DNA of 64,000 nucleotides from Terriglobia bacterium (lineage in GTDB: Bacteria; Acidobacteriota; Terriglobia; 20CM-2-55-15). The stretch spans positions 1,024,001-1,088,000 of the forward strand of contig CBDAOY010000008.1 of the NCBI GenBank assembly GCA_965198225.1. Direction: 5' to 3'. Of this stretch, positions 39,422 to 48,890 are shown one piece after another (the stretch's first letter is position 1; the number at the start of each line of letters is the position of its first letter). Both the position numbers and the translations under genes were made by a program. Under the pieces are notes generated by a model. The model was not told the origin of the DNA. It was given only the letters and a program-made list of their open reading frames with translations, and searched no databases.

Positions 39422-40610
39422 AGGGCCGCCGTCTGTAGTCTCTCGCTTCGCGCTTGATATCCTCGGCACAATCCAGGGCGAGTACGGCATCGTACCGCTC
39501 CAGTGCCTCGGAGCGCTGATTGCGGGAGTCGAATATCTTCCCCATCCACAGGTAGGACCGTCCCTTCAGGTCGTCGCCCGCCTCATCACTGACGGCGACC
39601 TTCTCGAAAGCGACCACGGCCTCGTCGAGGCTCAGCCCTTCGGTTTCGAACCCATGAACGTTGATCTCACCGATCTTGTAGAGCACGGAATCGATTTCGA
39701 GCCTGTCGTAATCATCCTGACCGGTCTTAGCCTTGGCGAGGACGGAACCGTAGACTTCGCTCGCACGAACCCACTCTTCTTTCCGTTCGTAGATCGACGC
39801 TTTGCCCAATTCGAGAAGGAAGTTCCTCGGGTAGCGCGAGTGCAGGTCGTTGAGAACCTCCAGAGCCTTGTCGTATTCTTTCTCGCGGTTGTAGATGACG
39901 ATCAGCACCATCTTCGCATTCGTGGTGGCCCGGCGGCCGAGTTGGGCGGCATACTCCAACTGCTCGATGCCACCCTCCTTGTCCCCACCCCGTATGCCAA
40001 TGAACCCGAGCAGAAAACGGACGAAGCCCGGAATCGCGCCCAGCGCGTAGTCATAGGTGCCGATCGTCAGTCGGGCGTCGTTATAGGATGGGTCGATCGC
40101 GAGGACCCGTATGTGGTATTCGCGGGCCTTCTTCGCTTCACCGTTGGCTTTGAGGTAAGCACGCCTGACTGTCGCCTCGAAGCTGGCGAGCGTGCCGTGG
40201 GCGACGCCCAGCGCGTATAGCGCCTCGATATCGTCGGGATGTTCCGCCAGTATCGCCCCGCCGGCCTCGATGGCCCGGGCCAGCGTGCCGCGAAGGCGGG
40301 CTTCGGTTTCAGCATCGACTGAATCATTGGAATCGCTCGTGCCAAGCCTGGAGCCCGAGTAGCTGTCCAGGTTCATTTTTTCCTGCTCGTAGACGATCTT
40401 CAGCCAGATCGACGACGCCAAGAGGTTCCAGTATCCCGGGTTGGTCGGATCCTCCTCCGTCAGCTGCAGGAATTTTCCTTCAGCGAGGTCAAAATCGAGG
40501 CTGTACAATGCTTCTAGAGCCTCCGGATCGATCGTTTGACCCGCCATCCGTCCAGCATCGACCAACAGGAACGATACGACCAGAAGCCCTACCAGAACCC
40601 GGCGAGGCAC
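39411..40610 (-). CDS. Secreted TPR-like protein
   Basis: GTG 40610 after AAGGGA gives signal peptide MPRRVLVGLLVVSFLL; helical repeats follow. Confidence 0.72.
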   Translation of the reverse strand: MPRRVLVGLLVVSFLLVDAGRMAGQTIDPEALEALYSLDFDLAEGKFLQLTEEDPTNPGYWNLLASSIWLKIVYEQEKMNLDSYSGSRLGTSDSNDSVDAETEARLRGTLARAIEAGGAILAEHPDDIEALYALGVAHGTLASFEATVRRAYLKANGEAKKAREYHIRVLAIDPSYNDARLTIGTYDYALGAIPGFVRFLLGFIGIRGGDKEGGIEQLEYAAQLGRRATTNAKMVLIVIYNREKEYDKALEVLNDLHSRYPRNFLLELGKASIYERKEEWVRASEVYGSVLAKAKTGQDDYDRLEIDSVLYKIGEINVHGFETEGLSLDEAVVAFEKVAVSDEAGDDLKGRSYLWMGKIFDSRNQRSEALERYDAVLALDCAEDIKREARDYRRRPFKG

Positions 40611-40611
40611 G

Positions 40612-41301
40612 ATGATCCCTTTTCGAGACAACATCCAATCCCGAACGCGTCCCCTCGTCACGGTGTCGCTCATCATCTTCAATTCGCTGGTTTTCCTGTA
40701 CGAGCTATCTCTGGGCCAGGACCTGATGCCCTTCATGTACGAGTACGGTGTTGTACCGATTAATGTAATCCAATGGCCAGCTTCGGGACAATCCCTGGTG
40801 TCGATCGTCATCCCGTTTTTCACATCCATGTTTCTACACGGCGGATGGTTCCACCTGATCGGCAACATGTGGTACCTCTGGATTTTCGGTGACAACGTCG
40901 AAGATCGACTCGGCCACGGGGGCTTTTTCCTCTTTTACATCGTCGCCGGCCTCGGCGCCGGCGCAGTTCACACCGCGCTCAACTACTACGTCACGATTCC
41001 GAGCGTCGGTGCGAGCGGGGCGATCGCAGGCGTTTTGGGCGCCTATCTCCTCCTGTATCCTTTTGCGCGCATACTGACCCTGATTCCGTTGTTCTTCTTC
41101 TGGCAAATCATAGAGATTCCCGCGATCATCGTTCTCGGATTCTGGTTCGTCATGCAGTTCCTGTCGGGAGCCAGTTCCCTCTCCGTCGCCGATCCGGCCG
41201 CCGGCGGCGTCGCCTGGTGGGCCCATATCGGCGGCTTCGTCGTGGGCATGATCCTGCTCGGACTCATGCCCCGCAAGCCCGACAATCGCACCCACGCGTA
41301 A
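40612..41301 (+). CDS. Rhomboid intramembrane serine protease
   Basis: MFLHGGWFHLIGNM, GASG and WAHIGG motifs. Confidence 0.93.
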   Translation: MIPFRDNIQSRTRPLVTVSLIIFNSLVFLYELSLGQDLMPFMYEYGVVPINVIQWPASGQSLVSIVIPFFTSMFLHGGWFHLIGNMWYLWIFGDNVEDRLGHGGFFLFYIVAGLGAGAVHTALNYYVTIPSVGASGAIAGVLGAYLLLYPFARILTLIPLFFFWQIIEIPAIIVLGFWFVMQFLSGASSLSVADPAAGGVAWWAHIGGFVVGMILLGLMPRKPDNRTHA

Positions 41302-41455
41302 CTTCAGAAGGCTCGCAGGCCCCTGTTCTGTTTGACCCGCGAACCAGGGCATTGGTTAGTATTCGGATAGTTAACCACGGAGGCACTGAGGCACGGAGGT
41401 CTTTGTGATTCTGATTCAAGAGACCCCCTCGCTCCGCGCCTTCGCGCATCCGTGG

Positions 41456-42361
41456 TTAGATCTCGGAACGTCTTGCTAGGCGTTGCTTCGGCCAGCCGAC
41501 CAGGTCGGCGTGTCCGACGATCAACTCGGATCGCCCCCCGTCGATGTGCGCCAGACGGCGCTCCCGCCATTTTCGCAGCTCCGACGCCCGATCGGGGGCA
41601 ATCTCGGTTGCGGCGTCGAGCCAACCGTCGAGCAGTGCCCGCTGCAACGCCGGATGGGCACGTTGGACACGCCAGTCGCTCGGCTCACTGCGGGTGCGGT
41701 AGCCGCAGTCCTCAAAAATCTCGGCGGCCCTCCTCGCGGCGCCGGGACCAAGTGATAAGCCAAAACCCTTTTCCCTGATCTGATGTGTATTGAAGAGCTC
41801 GCGCACATCCCGATCTTCCGGTTCCGAAGGACTGCAGTCGATGCGGCCGTCGTAGCTCAGCGCGAACCACACGGATGCCCGGGCGTTCATCGAGCGTTCG
41901 GCCAACCCCGCCAGCCAGTCTTCCGACACCAGATCGAGTAGAGCAGACGCGGTAACCAGACCTCGTTCCGGTAGGACCAGGCGATCGAGTTCGGTCGCGA
42001 GATCGATGACCACGCTGCGGATGCGGCACTCGAACCGGTTCGTGCGAACGACGAGCTGAGCCTTGCCGTCAAAGACGCGAGCGCCGGACGAATCCGCCCA
42101 GGTTCGTATTCGGTCACCTGCGGCCTCGAGTAGCGATCGATCGCTATCGACCAACACCCAGTCCTGCGGACCGCCGAGCAGCGGCGCGAGGTAACGCAGA
42201 TTGGCACCGGTGCCTGCGCCTAGATCGGCAACCTGAATCGGCTGGTCAAGCCCTTCTGTCGAGCGAACCGCTTCCAGGATCGTCGCCGCGAGGTTGGCGT
42301 TGCGCGAGGCATTGTCGAGCGGTTCCCGCAGGCTGAGCCATTCGGCCGAGAAACCGGTCAC
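41456..42361 (-). CDS. Class I SAM-dependent methyltransferase-like protein
   Basis: WLSLREPLD start, DLGAGTGAN and ASALLDLVS motifs. Confidence 0.8.
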   Translation of the reverse strand: MTGFSAEWLSLREPLDNASRNANLAATILEAVRSTEGLDQPIQVADLGAGTGANLRYLAPLLGGPQDWVLVDSDRSLLEAAGDRIRTWADSSGARVFDGKAQLVVRTNRFECRIRSVVIDLATELDRLVLPERGLVTASALLDLVSEDWLAGLAERSMNARASVWFALSYDGRIDCSPSEPEDRDVRELFNTHQIREKGFGLSLGPGAARRAAEIFEDCGYRTRSEPSDWRVQRAHPALQRALLDGWLDAATEIAPDRASELRKWRERRLAHIDGGRSELIVGHADLVGWPKQRLARRSEI

Positions 42362-43479
42362 GTCGTGCTCACCAGATCATGGAGCGCGACGGCAAACTGC
42401 TTAGACGCCTGGTTCCAGGTCGGCAGCGTCTTCCGCGCAGCGAGCGCGTTCGAGGCCAGGCGTCGGCGGGTCTCCGGGTCGTCCATGAGCTTTGCCAAAG
42501 CTCGGGCCAGCGCTCGTGAATCGCCCGGGCGCACGAGCACGCCAGCACTCGAAGGCACGGTCTCGGGAATCGCTCCCGCCACGGTGCTGACGACGGGGAG
42601 GCCGTGAGCGACGGCCTCCGCAAGCGCCATGCCGTAACCTTCCAGATGAGACGCGAGCACGAACAGGTCCGTCCGTGCGTAGAGGCGATCGAGCTCCGGT
42701 CGGTCTACTTCTCCGAGCAAGCTGACTCTCGGACCGAGCCTCAGCCGGTCAATCTGCCGGCGCAACGCATCGGTCGTCGCGGGGTCCCGGGTCCGACTCC
42801 CCGCACAGTACAGATGCCAAGCCCTGGAGCCGAGACGCGCCAGCGCGTCGAACAACACACTGTGACCTTTGCGCGGCGTCAACGTCGCAACGCAGAGCAG
42901 GTTCAGCGATGCCTCGTCGCCGGCTCGTAGCTTCCTTCGAGCCCCTTGTCTTTCGGGTCCGCCCGACACGAGATCCACACCTGGCGTGACGACGCGGATC
43001 CGCTCGGCTGCAACGCCGAATTCGCTCAGCTTGCGCGACGTCCAGTGACTCGTCACCATTACTCGCCGAACGAGTTCAAGCGAAGCGCGTTCCGATTCGC
43101 GGAGGACTCGTGCCGTTTCCGTATCCAGACCGGTTTCCAGGGCGACTGGATGATGGATCAGGGCGACGAGACGGAGGCGCTCCGCCTCCGCGTCCAAGAG
43201 GTTCGACAAGCCGCCCAACGCCAGGCTGTCGATGACGACGATCTGCCCGTCTGGTATGCCGGCGAGTACGCTCTGGGCATGATCCAGGGCTGGAACCGTC
43301 GGCAGGGGGAAACTCACATCGAGAGAATGCACATCGACATGCCAGCCCAGGCTGCCCAGCCCATCGACGATGCGCCGGTCGTAGACGTACCCTCCGGTCT
43401 CGGTCTCGGGATCGCCGGGCACCAGCAGGGTCAGCCTGGGTGGGTTGTCCTCGATCGCAGACTCTCGCGTAGGGCTCAC
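42358..43479 (-). CDS. Glycosyltransferase family 4
   Basis: [13 protein letters not shown] and [10 protein letters not shown] motifs. GTG start overlaps the upstream TGA. Confidence 0.9.
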   Translation of the reverse strand: MSPTRESAIEDNPPRLTLLVPGDPETETGGYVYDRRIVDGLGSLGWHVDVHSLDVSFPLPTVPALDHAQSVLAGIPDGQIVVIDSLALGGLSNLLDAEAERLRLVALIHHPVALETGLDTETARVLRESERASLELVRRVMVTSHWTSRKLSEFGVAAERIRVVTPGVDLVSGGPERQGARRKLRAGDEASLNLLCVATLTPRKGHSVLFDALARLGSRAWHLYCAGSRTRDPATTDALRRQIDRLRLGPRVSLLGEVDRPELDRLYARTDLFVLASHLEGYGMALAEAVAHGLPVVSTVAGAIPETVPSSAGVLVRPGDSRALARALAKLMDDPETRRRLASNALAARKTLPTWNQASKQFAVALHDLVSTT

Positions 43480-43889
43480 GCGTCTTGGTTCGCCAGCTCG
43501 CTGTCGTAAGCCGCCCATGCGATGTGGGATTCGTGCAGGGTCACGCGCATCGAGGTCAGCCCTCGCGCACCGTCACCGAGTTCGCCTCTCCGAATCCGTT
43601 CCTCCAAGCGATCAAAAACGATGCGGGCCAGAAACTCTGTCGTCGTGTTTCGACCGGTGAATGCCGGCTCCTCGTCGAGGTTGCGGTACTTGAGTTCCGA
43701 AAGCACGGAGCCGAGCGCCTGGTCGGCCAGACCGATGTCGACCACGACGTTGTCTTCGTCAAGCTCCGGTCTGCGCAATTCGACGTCGACCACATACGTC
43801 GCGCCGTGAAGGCTCTGAGCGGGACCGAACACGTCGCCGTCTAAGCTGTGCGCGATCATGAAGTGATCGCGAACGCAGATGCTATACAT
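43476..43889 (-). CDS. Divergent 6-pyruvoyl-tetrahydropterin synthase/QueD (COG0720) family protein
   Basis: T-fold motifs [20 protein letters not shown] and LHES; the catalytic Cys is absent. Confidence 0.85.
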   Translation of the reverse strand: MYSICVRDHFMIAHSLDGDVFGPAQSLHGATYVVDVELRRPELDEDNVVVDIGLADQALGSVLSELKYRNLDEEPAFTGRNTTTEFLARIVFDRLEERIRRGELGDGARGLTSMRVTLHESHIAWAAYDSELANQDA

Positions 43890-43978
43890 GAGAGTCCTCT
43901 CTGCCACAAGCTGAATACTGATCGCCGACCGCACGCCTGACTCCCAGAATCCAACAGCAGACTACGCACACTTGTCGA

Positions 43979-44968
43979 TCAAGCGTCTTTGTAAACGATC
44001 CGATGGCACAACGTGCGGCCGGGTGTCGTCGCGAGCGTTTGCATGAGTGTCGGCAGGTCGTCGAAATCGCTTTGACCGGTGATCAGGGCGTCCAGCCCGG
44101 AATCGCCGAGCAACCCGAGAACGAGTTCCATACGGCGCTTCGGGGTCCAACGGGCCCTCTGCGCAGGGGCGATCGTGCCGACTTGCGATGCGCGCAGACT
44201 CAGGCGCCGACTGTGGAAAGCCTCTCCCAGGACAACCGCTGGCCGACGCTCACCGTACCAGCTCAACTCGATGATCTTCGCCTCGAAACCGGCAAGACGC
44301 AAGGCGGTGGACAGGCCCTCCTCGGTCGCGCTGGTGTGAAAGACCAGGTCGGCTTCGGCAGTTGCGTGCTCGGGTAATTGAAAACCGACGCCTAACGCGG
44401 CTGCGACGGGTGCTCTGCTGGGGTCGATGTCGATCAGTTCGACACTGCAGCCCGGAATCCTGGCTGCCAACCATGAGACCAGACAACCCAGCGCCCCGGC
44501 ACCGACGACCGCAACCCGATCACCGACTCTCGGAGACGCATCCCACAAGCCGTTGACCGCGCTTTCCAGGTTGGCAGCCAGTACCGCGCGCTCGGGAGGC
44601 ACATCGTCCGGCAGTGGATACACGTCTTCGGTCGGAACGACGTAGCGAGTCTGATGGGGATAGAGGCAGAAAACGACGCGGCCCTGCAGTCCGGACGGTC
44701 CCTGTTCCACGTGACCGACATTGATATAACCGTACTTGACCGGCGCAGGAAAGTCGCCCGCCTGAAACGGCGCACGCATCCGTTCGAACTCGCTTGCCGG
44801 AACGGCGCCATTGAAGACCAGGACTTCGGTGCCACGACTGATGCCGCTGTAGAGCGTCCGGACCAGAACTTGCCCTTCGCCACGCTCCGGCAGGGGTTCG
44901 GTGCGAATTTCTCCTCGGCCCGGGCCGACGACCCAAAAGGAGCGCGCATCATCGCTGGTGTTGGACAC
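43979..44968 (-). CDS. MDR-family (zinc-binding ADH-like) oxidoreductase
   Basis: YSGISRGTE, PVKYGY and GAGALG Rossmann motifs. Confidence 0.85.
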   Translation of the reverse strand: MSNTSDDARSFWVVGPGRGEIRTEPLPERGEGQVLVRTLYSGISRGTEVLVFNGAVPASEFERMRAPFQAGDFPAPVKYGYINVGHVEQGPSGLQGRVVFCLYPHQTRYVVPTEDVYPLPDDVPPERAVLAANLESAVNGLWDASPRVGDRVAVVGAGALGCLVSWLAARIPGCSVELIDIDPSRAPVAAALGVGFQLPEHATAEADLVFHTSATEEGLSTALRLAGFEAKIIELSWYGERRPAVVLGEAFHSRRLSLRASQVGTIAPAQRARWTPKRRMELVLGLLGDSGLDALITGQSDFDDLPTLMQTLATTPGRTLCHRIVYKDA

Positions 44969-45246
44969 TACGTTGTTCCCCCCGGAAAGCCGGTACTTAC
45001 TGCGCGAAACCGAAGATGCAGGTATTCTTCGAAACCTGGACTTCGAGAGCTCTCGAAAGGTACGCGCTGTAGAGGCCCAGGTACAGGGCTTCTACACTAT
45101 ACAAAGGGCGGGAGTTCTTCCGAAATTCGAAATTGCTGATTCCAGACTGGAAATCTGGTCAAATTCAAGGGAACAGAGATCTGAAATGTCGAAGCGTCGA
45201 TCTCGAATTTCTACTACGGAGCCACCAATAGCACTCTTCCTCGCTC

Positions 45247-45990
45247 ATGTCGATCTTCGCTAACAGGGTTCATCCGCGATCCGCTGTATCGGAAAGCATT
45301 CGGTGGAGTGTGGTCGTGGCGTTCATCGCGACAACGGCCCTCGCCTGGGTCGTGCAGTGGTCCCTCGGACTGAGCCGACTCTTCCCTCTCAAGGCGATGC
45401 TGATCTTCGGCTTCGGCGCAACCCTGCTCGTCGCACTCGCCGAGAAGCACCTGGCGTCGGATTCGTTCGGGCGGGCGAACCGTGTCACGTTGGCACGGGG
45501 CACGATGACGGCCCTGTTGCTTGCTCTGATCGGTGAGGGTGCGATCTCCGCGAGCGCCTGGTTTGCAGTGATCGTCGCTTCGCTTGTCGTGGCTCTGGAC
45601 GGAATCGATGGTTGGATTGCACGCAATCGGGGTAATACGAGCGATTTTGGGGCACGTTTCGACATGGAGACCGACACTTTACTGATCTTCGGAACCGCCG
45701 CACTGGCGTGGCAGCACGGCAAAGCCGGACCCTGGATTCTCGCGGCCGGACTGATGCGTTACGCGTTCGTGGCTTCGAGTTATCTGTTGCCGTGGATGAG
45801 CCGCACGTTGCCGAGCAGTCGACGGCGTCAGACGATCTGCGTCGTCGGGGCGCTATCGTTGACTGCCAGCCTCGCGCCGCCACTGTTACCGCCCATCAGC
45901 GATGTCGTCGCACTGGCAGGGCTCGCGCTATTGAGCAGCTCGTTCGCGATCGATGTCGCCTGGCTCGCGCGCAGCGCCCGCCGACCGTGA
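45247..45990 (+). CDS. CDP-alcohol phosphotransferase family membrane protein
   Basis: ANRVTLAR plus the signature DGIDGWIAR..SDFGARFDMETD. Confidence 0.92.
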   Translation: MSIFANRVHPRSAVSESIRWSVVVAFIATTALAWVVQWSLGLSRLFPLKAMLIFGFGATLLVALAEKHLASDSFGRANRVTLARGTMTALLLALIGEGAISASAWFAVIVASLVVALDGIDGWIARNRGNTSDFGARFDMETDTLLIFGTAALAWQHGKAGPWILAAGLMRYAFVASSYLLPWMSRTLPSSRRRQTICVVGALSLTASLAPPLLPPISDVVALAGLALLSSSFAIDVAWLARSARRP

Positions 45991-46177
45991 ACGGACTAGC
46001 GTCGGACTCGAATCTTCGTTAGTTCCGTCGACGGCTAGCTTAGCTAACTTAGCTCAAGAAGAAGGCCACGGATTTCACAGATTACACGGAGAGGAGAAGC
46101 CTGTGGTCTGCCCTCAGAAAGACCACTTCTAGTCCGCTAAATCCGTGCAATCCGTGGCTGGATCCTGTCCCCAATCT

Positions 46178-46765
46178 CTAGCCTAGAGCGATCACCTCAC
46201 AATTGTTCACAGGGGGAAGCCGCAGCTCGTCTTCCCAGGACTTTCCATAGAAACTGGCCCTCATCATCTTGATCACTTCGTTGTGGGCGACGATCAGAAC
46301 ATTCTGGCTAACGTGTCGATCCTGGATCCTCCTGAGAGCGTGTCCCGCCCGCGCCCGGAGACGCGTGTACTCTTCCACGCCCGGTGAATCGATCACATAC
46401 CGAAAGTCGTTCAGCACGACTATGTCACTGGCATACTTGGGGATGTCAGCCGGCGATCTCCCCGTCAACACTCCATAGTCCCGCTCGATGAGGTCCGACT
46501 CGACATGATGTTCTGCAATGCCCAGCGTCTCGGAGATTATTGAGGCCGTCTGTCTCGCTCGCTGAAGCGGCGACATGTAAACGCAGCTGATCGCCTCAGG
46601 CCGAAGCTGTTCGGCTACGGCCAGCGCCTGAGTTCTGCCAAGTTCCGTAAGTGGAGTATCGCGTCTGCCGTTGATGAGGGAACGCGAATTGTCCAGATCC
46701 TGGCCATGACGAACAAGAAGGAGCCTGGTTAGGTTTTGCTTTTCTGAAGTCACCTGTTGGACCAC
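46178..46765 (-). CDS. Histidine phosphatase (PGM superfamily)
   Basis: RHG, SPLQRARQTA, ERDYG and VAH motifs. Confidence 0.88.
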   Translation of the reverse strand: MVQQVTSEKQNLTRLLLVRHGQDLDNSRSLINGRRDTPLTELGRTQALAVAEQLRPEAISCVYMSPLQRARQTASIISETLGIAEHHVESDLIERDYGVLTGRSPADIPKYASDIVVLNDFRYVIDSPGVEEYTRLRARAGHALRRIQDRHVSQNVLIVAHNEVIKMMRASFYGKSWEDELRLPPVNNCEVIALG

Positions 46766-47062
46766 GGAATGGCTATCCCCGCGGCGCCGCGAAAAACAGA
46801 GGGCCCCGGCAGGAGGTACTCAATGTAAAGCCGTGTGCTTACGGAGAACAACCGCTCACCCCGGGGATGCCCCTGCCGGAAAGCGGCTTCGACACGGAAC
46901 AATTGACGGGGGTGCGTGTTTGTGTTTAGCTCTGACGCGGGTGAGGGGCCCTTCTCCAAGTTTCTCGCGAACGAATTCATGGCGTCGGTGGCATCCACGC
47001 CATTGTACGTGAGCGCTGAGGGCTCGAACCGCGATTTCGAGATTGGCTATTGTCCGTCGGAG

Positions 47063-48589
47063 ATGGAAATGGAGCTTGGAACAGCCACGGGGGACGCGAT
47101 TCACCGATCAGGCTCGGCTCGTCTTCCGACAGCCTTCGGTGAATTTACGGTTACCGCGTACCGGGACCAGGAACGCAAGGAGCACCTGGCGGTCCGAATG
47201 GGGGAGTTGAGCGGCCCGCCGTCACTGGTTCGTATCCACTCCGAGTGCTTGACCGGCGACGTGTTCGGCTCCGTGCGCTGTGACTGCGGGGAACAGCTAC
47301 AGGCTGCGCTGCACTACATATCCGAAGAAGGCCGTGGTCTGCTCCTGTACCTGAGGCAGGAGGGGCGCGGAATCGGACTCAACAACAAGATCCGTGCCTA
47401 CGCCTTGCAGGACCAGGGGATGGACACGGTTGAGGCGAACCTTCACCTGGGATTCCCCGCCGACGTGCGAAGCTACACGCACGCTGCCGCGATGATCAAG
47501 GATTTGGGAGTCCACTCCGTTCGACTCGCGACCAACAACCCCGAGAAGGTGAAAGCGCTGGAGGCCTGCGGCATCCATGTCGTCGAACGGGTGCGATACC
47601 AGATCCCTCCGCGCCCGGAAAACTACGCTTACCTACAGACGAAAGCCTCCAAAATGGGCCACCTCTTGAATCCACTGCCGGAGGTCGAACGCCTCTCGGT
47701 CGACGAAAGTTTCACGGACCCCGCTGCTCGGACCACGCTCATTGAAACCTCCCTGGAGCGGGACGACGGTGTATTGTCCCGATTGCGCGACAACCTCCGG
47801 CAAGCCGGAGAGCGTCGAGGGCGGGAGGCAGTGCCGTCGGTGACATTGAGTTACGCCCAGAGCCTGGATGGGTCAATCGCGGCTGAGCCGGGCAAACCGC
47901 TCCAGCTCAGTAACGCCGAATCGCAGGCCCTGACCCATCGGCTTCGTTCGGTGCACGATGGGGTCCTGGTCGGGATCAACACCCTTTTGTCGGACGATCC
48001 GCGCCTGACGGTTCGCCTCGTGGCGGGAAAGAACCCCCAACCGGTCGTCGTGGACTCCCTCCTGCGCTCTCCCGTGGGGGCCAGGCTTCTGCGCGCTCCG
48101 TGCGTGCCGCCGATCATTGCGACCACAGAACGCTCGAGCGCCGTACGGGAAAAACAGCTTCTGGCGGCCGGGGCCCACGTCGTCCGCCTGCCGTCACAGC
48201 CTGACGGGAGGGTCGATCTCCATATGTTGCTGCGGCATCTGTATGAGCTGGGTATCCGCTCGCTGATGGTCGAGGGGGGAGCGGGAGTCATCACCGACTT
48301 CCTGGCGCGTCAGTTAGTCGACCAGATGGTCATCACAATTGCCCCACAGTTCGTCGGCGGCCTGTCGGCTGTCAAACCCTCGTTGCCGAAGACTGTGGGG
48401 AGCGGCACATTGACCAACGTCCAGTACGAGTCGTTCGCGGGCGACCTCGTGGTCTATGCGGAGGTTGAACGGCCTGCCTCCAGTTCGACGTCGACTTTCC
48501 GGACGGGACGCCAGCCCTCCGCCCCGACTTCTTCCTCGCTCACCGATGGGCCGCTCGGCCACGGACCGGCCCGGCCGAAGGCTGGCTGA
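47063..48589 (+). CDS. ribA: GTP cyclohydrolase II fused to a RibD C-terminal (reductase-only) domain
   Basis: [24 protein letters not shown] and TNNPEK, then [15 protein letters not shown] and MVEGG. Start about 47063/47069. Confidence 0.9.
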   Translation: MEMELGTATGDAIHRSGSARLPTAFGEFTVTAYRDQERKEHLAVRMGELSGPPSLVRIHSECLTGDVFGSVRCDCGEQLQAALHYISEEGRGLLLYLRQEGRGIGLNNKIRAYALQDQGMDTVEANLHLGFPADVRSYTHAAAMIKDLGVHSVRLATNNPEKVKALEACGIHVVERVRYQIPPRPENYAYLQTKASKMGHLLNPLPEVERLSVDESFTDPAARTTLIETSLERDDGVLSRLRDNLRQAGERRGREAVPSVTLSYAQSLDGSIAAEPGKPLQLSNAESQALTHRLRSVHDGVLVGINTLLSDDPRLTVRLVAGKNPQPVVVDSLLRSPVGARLLRAPCVPPIIATTERSSAVREKQLLAAGAHVVRLPSQPDGRVDLHMLLRHLYELGIRSLMVEGGAGVITDFLARQLVDQMVITIAPQFVGGLSAVKPSLPKTVGSGTLTNVQYESFAGDLVVYAEVERPASSSTSTFRTGRQPSAPTSSSLTDGPLGHGPARPKAG

Positions 48590-48890
48590 AGCACCGCCGC
48601 TTGAGGAATTCCACATCTGCCGACCTGGGCAATCATACGCCACAGAGCTGCGGCCGCCTTCCGGTTCTCGGTTTTCATCATCTATGGGTGCAACGGCCCC
48701 ATGACGAATCCAACATTTACGGAACAACTCTGCCCCTAAACCGAACCTGCAACGCGGGAATGGCAGGCGGTCAAAACCTTGTTGCCATCATGGACCAGAC
48801 GTGGTACAGCAAACCGATATACAGCGGGTAGACAAGTTGGTCCGTCAGCATAAGAGCTAAGTGGCGAGGCGGCGGAGGACGAGGTTCAGA

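Noticed and set aside
43476-43889. Queuosine or 7-deazaguanine DNA-modification cluster
   Set aside because: No folE, queE, queC or dpdA nearby, and the QueD catalytic motif is missing.
46916-48589. Ordinary riboflavin operon with FMN riboswitch
   Set aside because: No ribB/E/H or deaminase domain, and no RFN consensus upstream.
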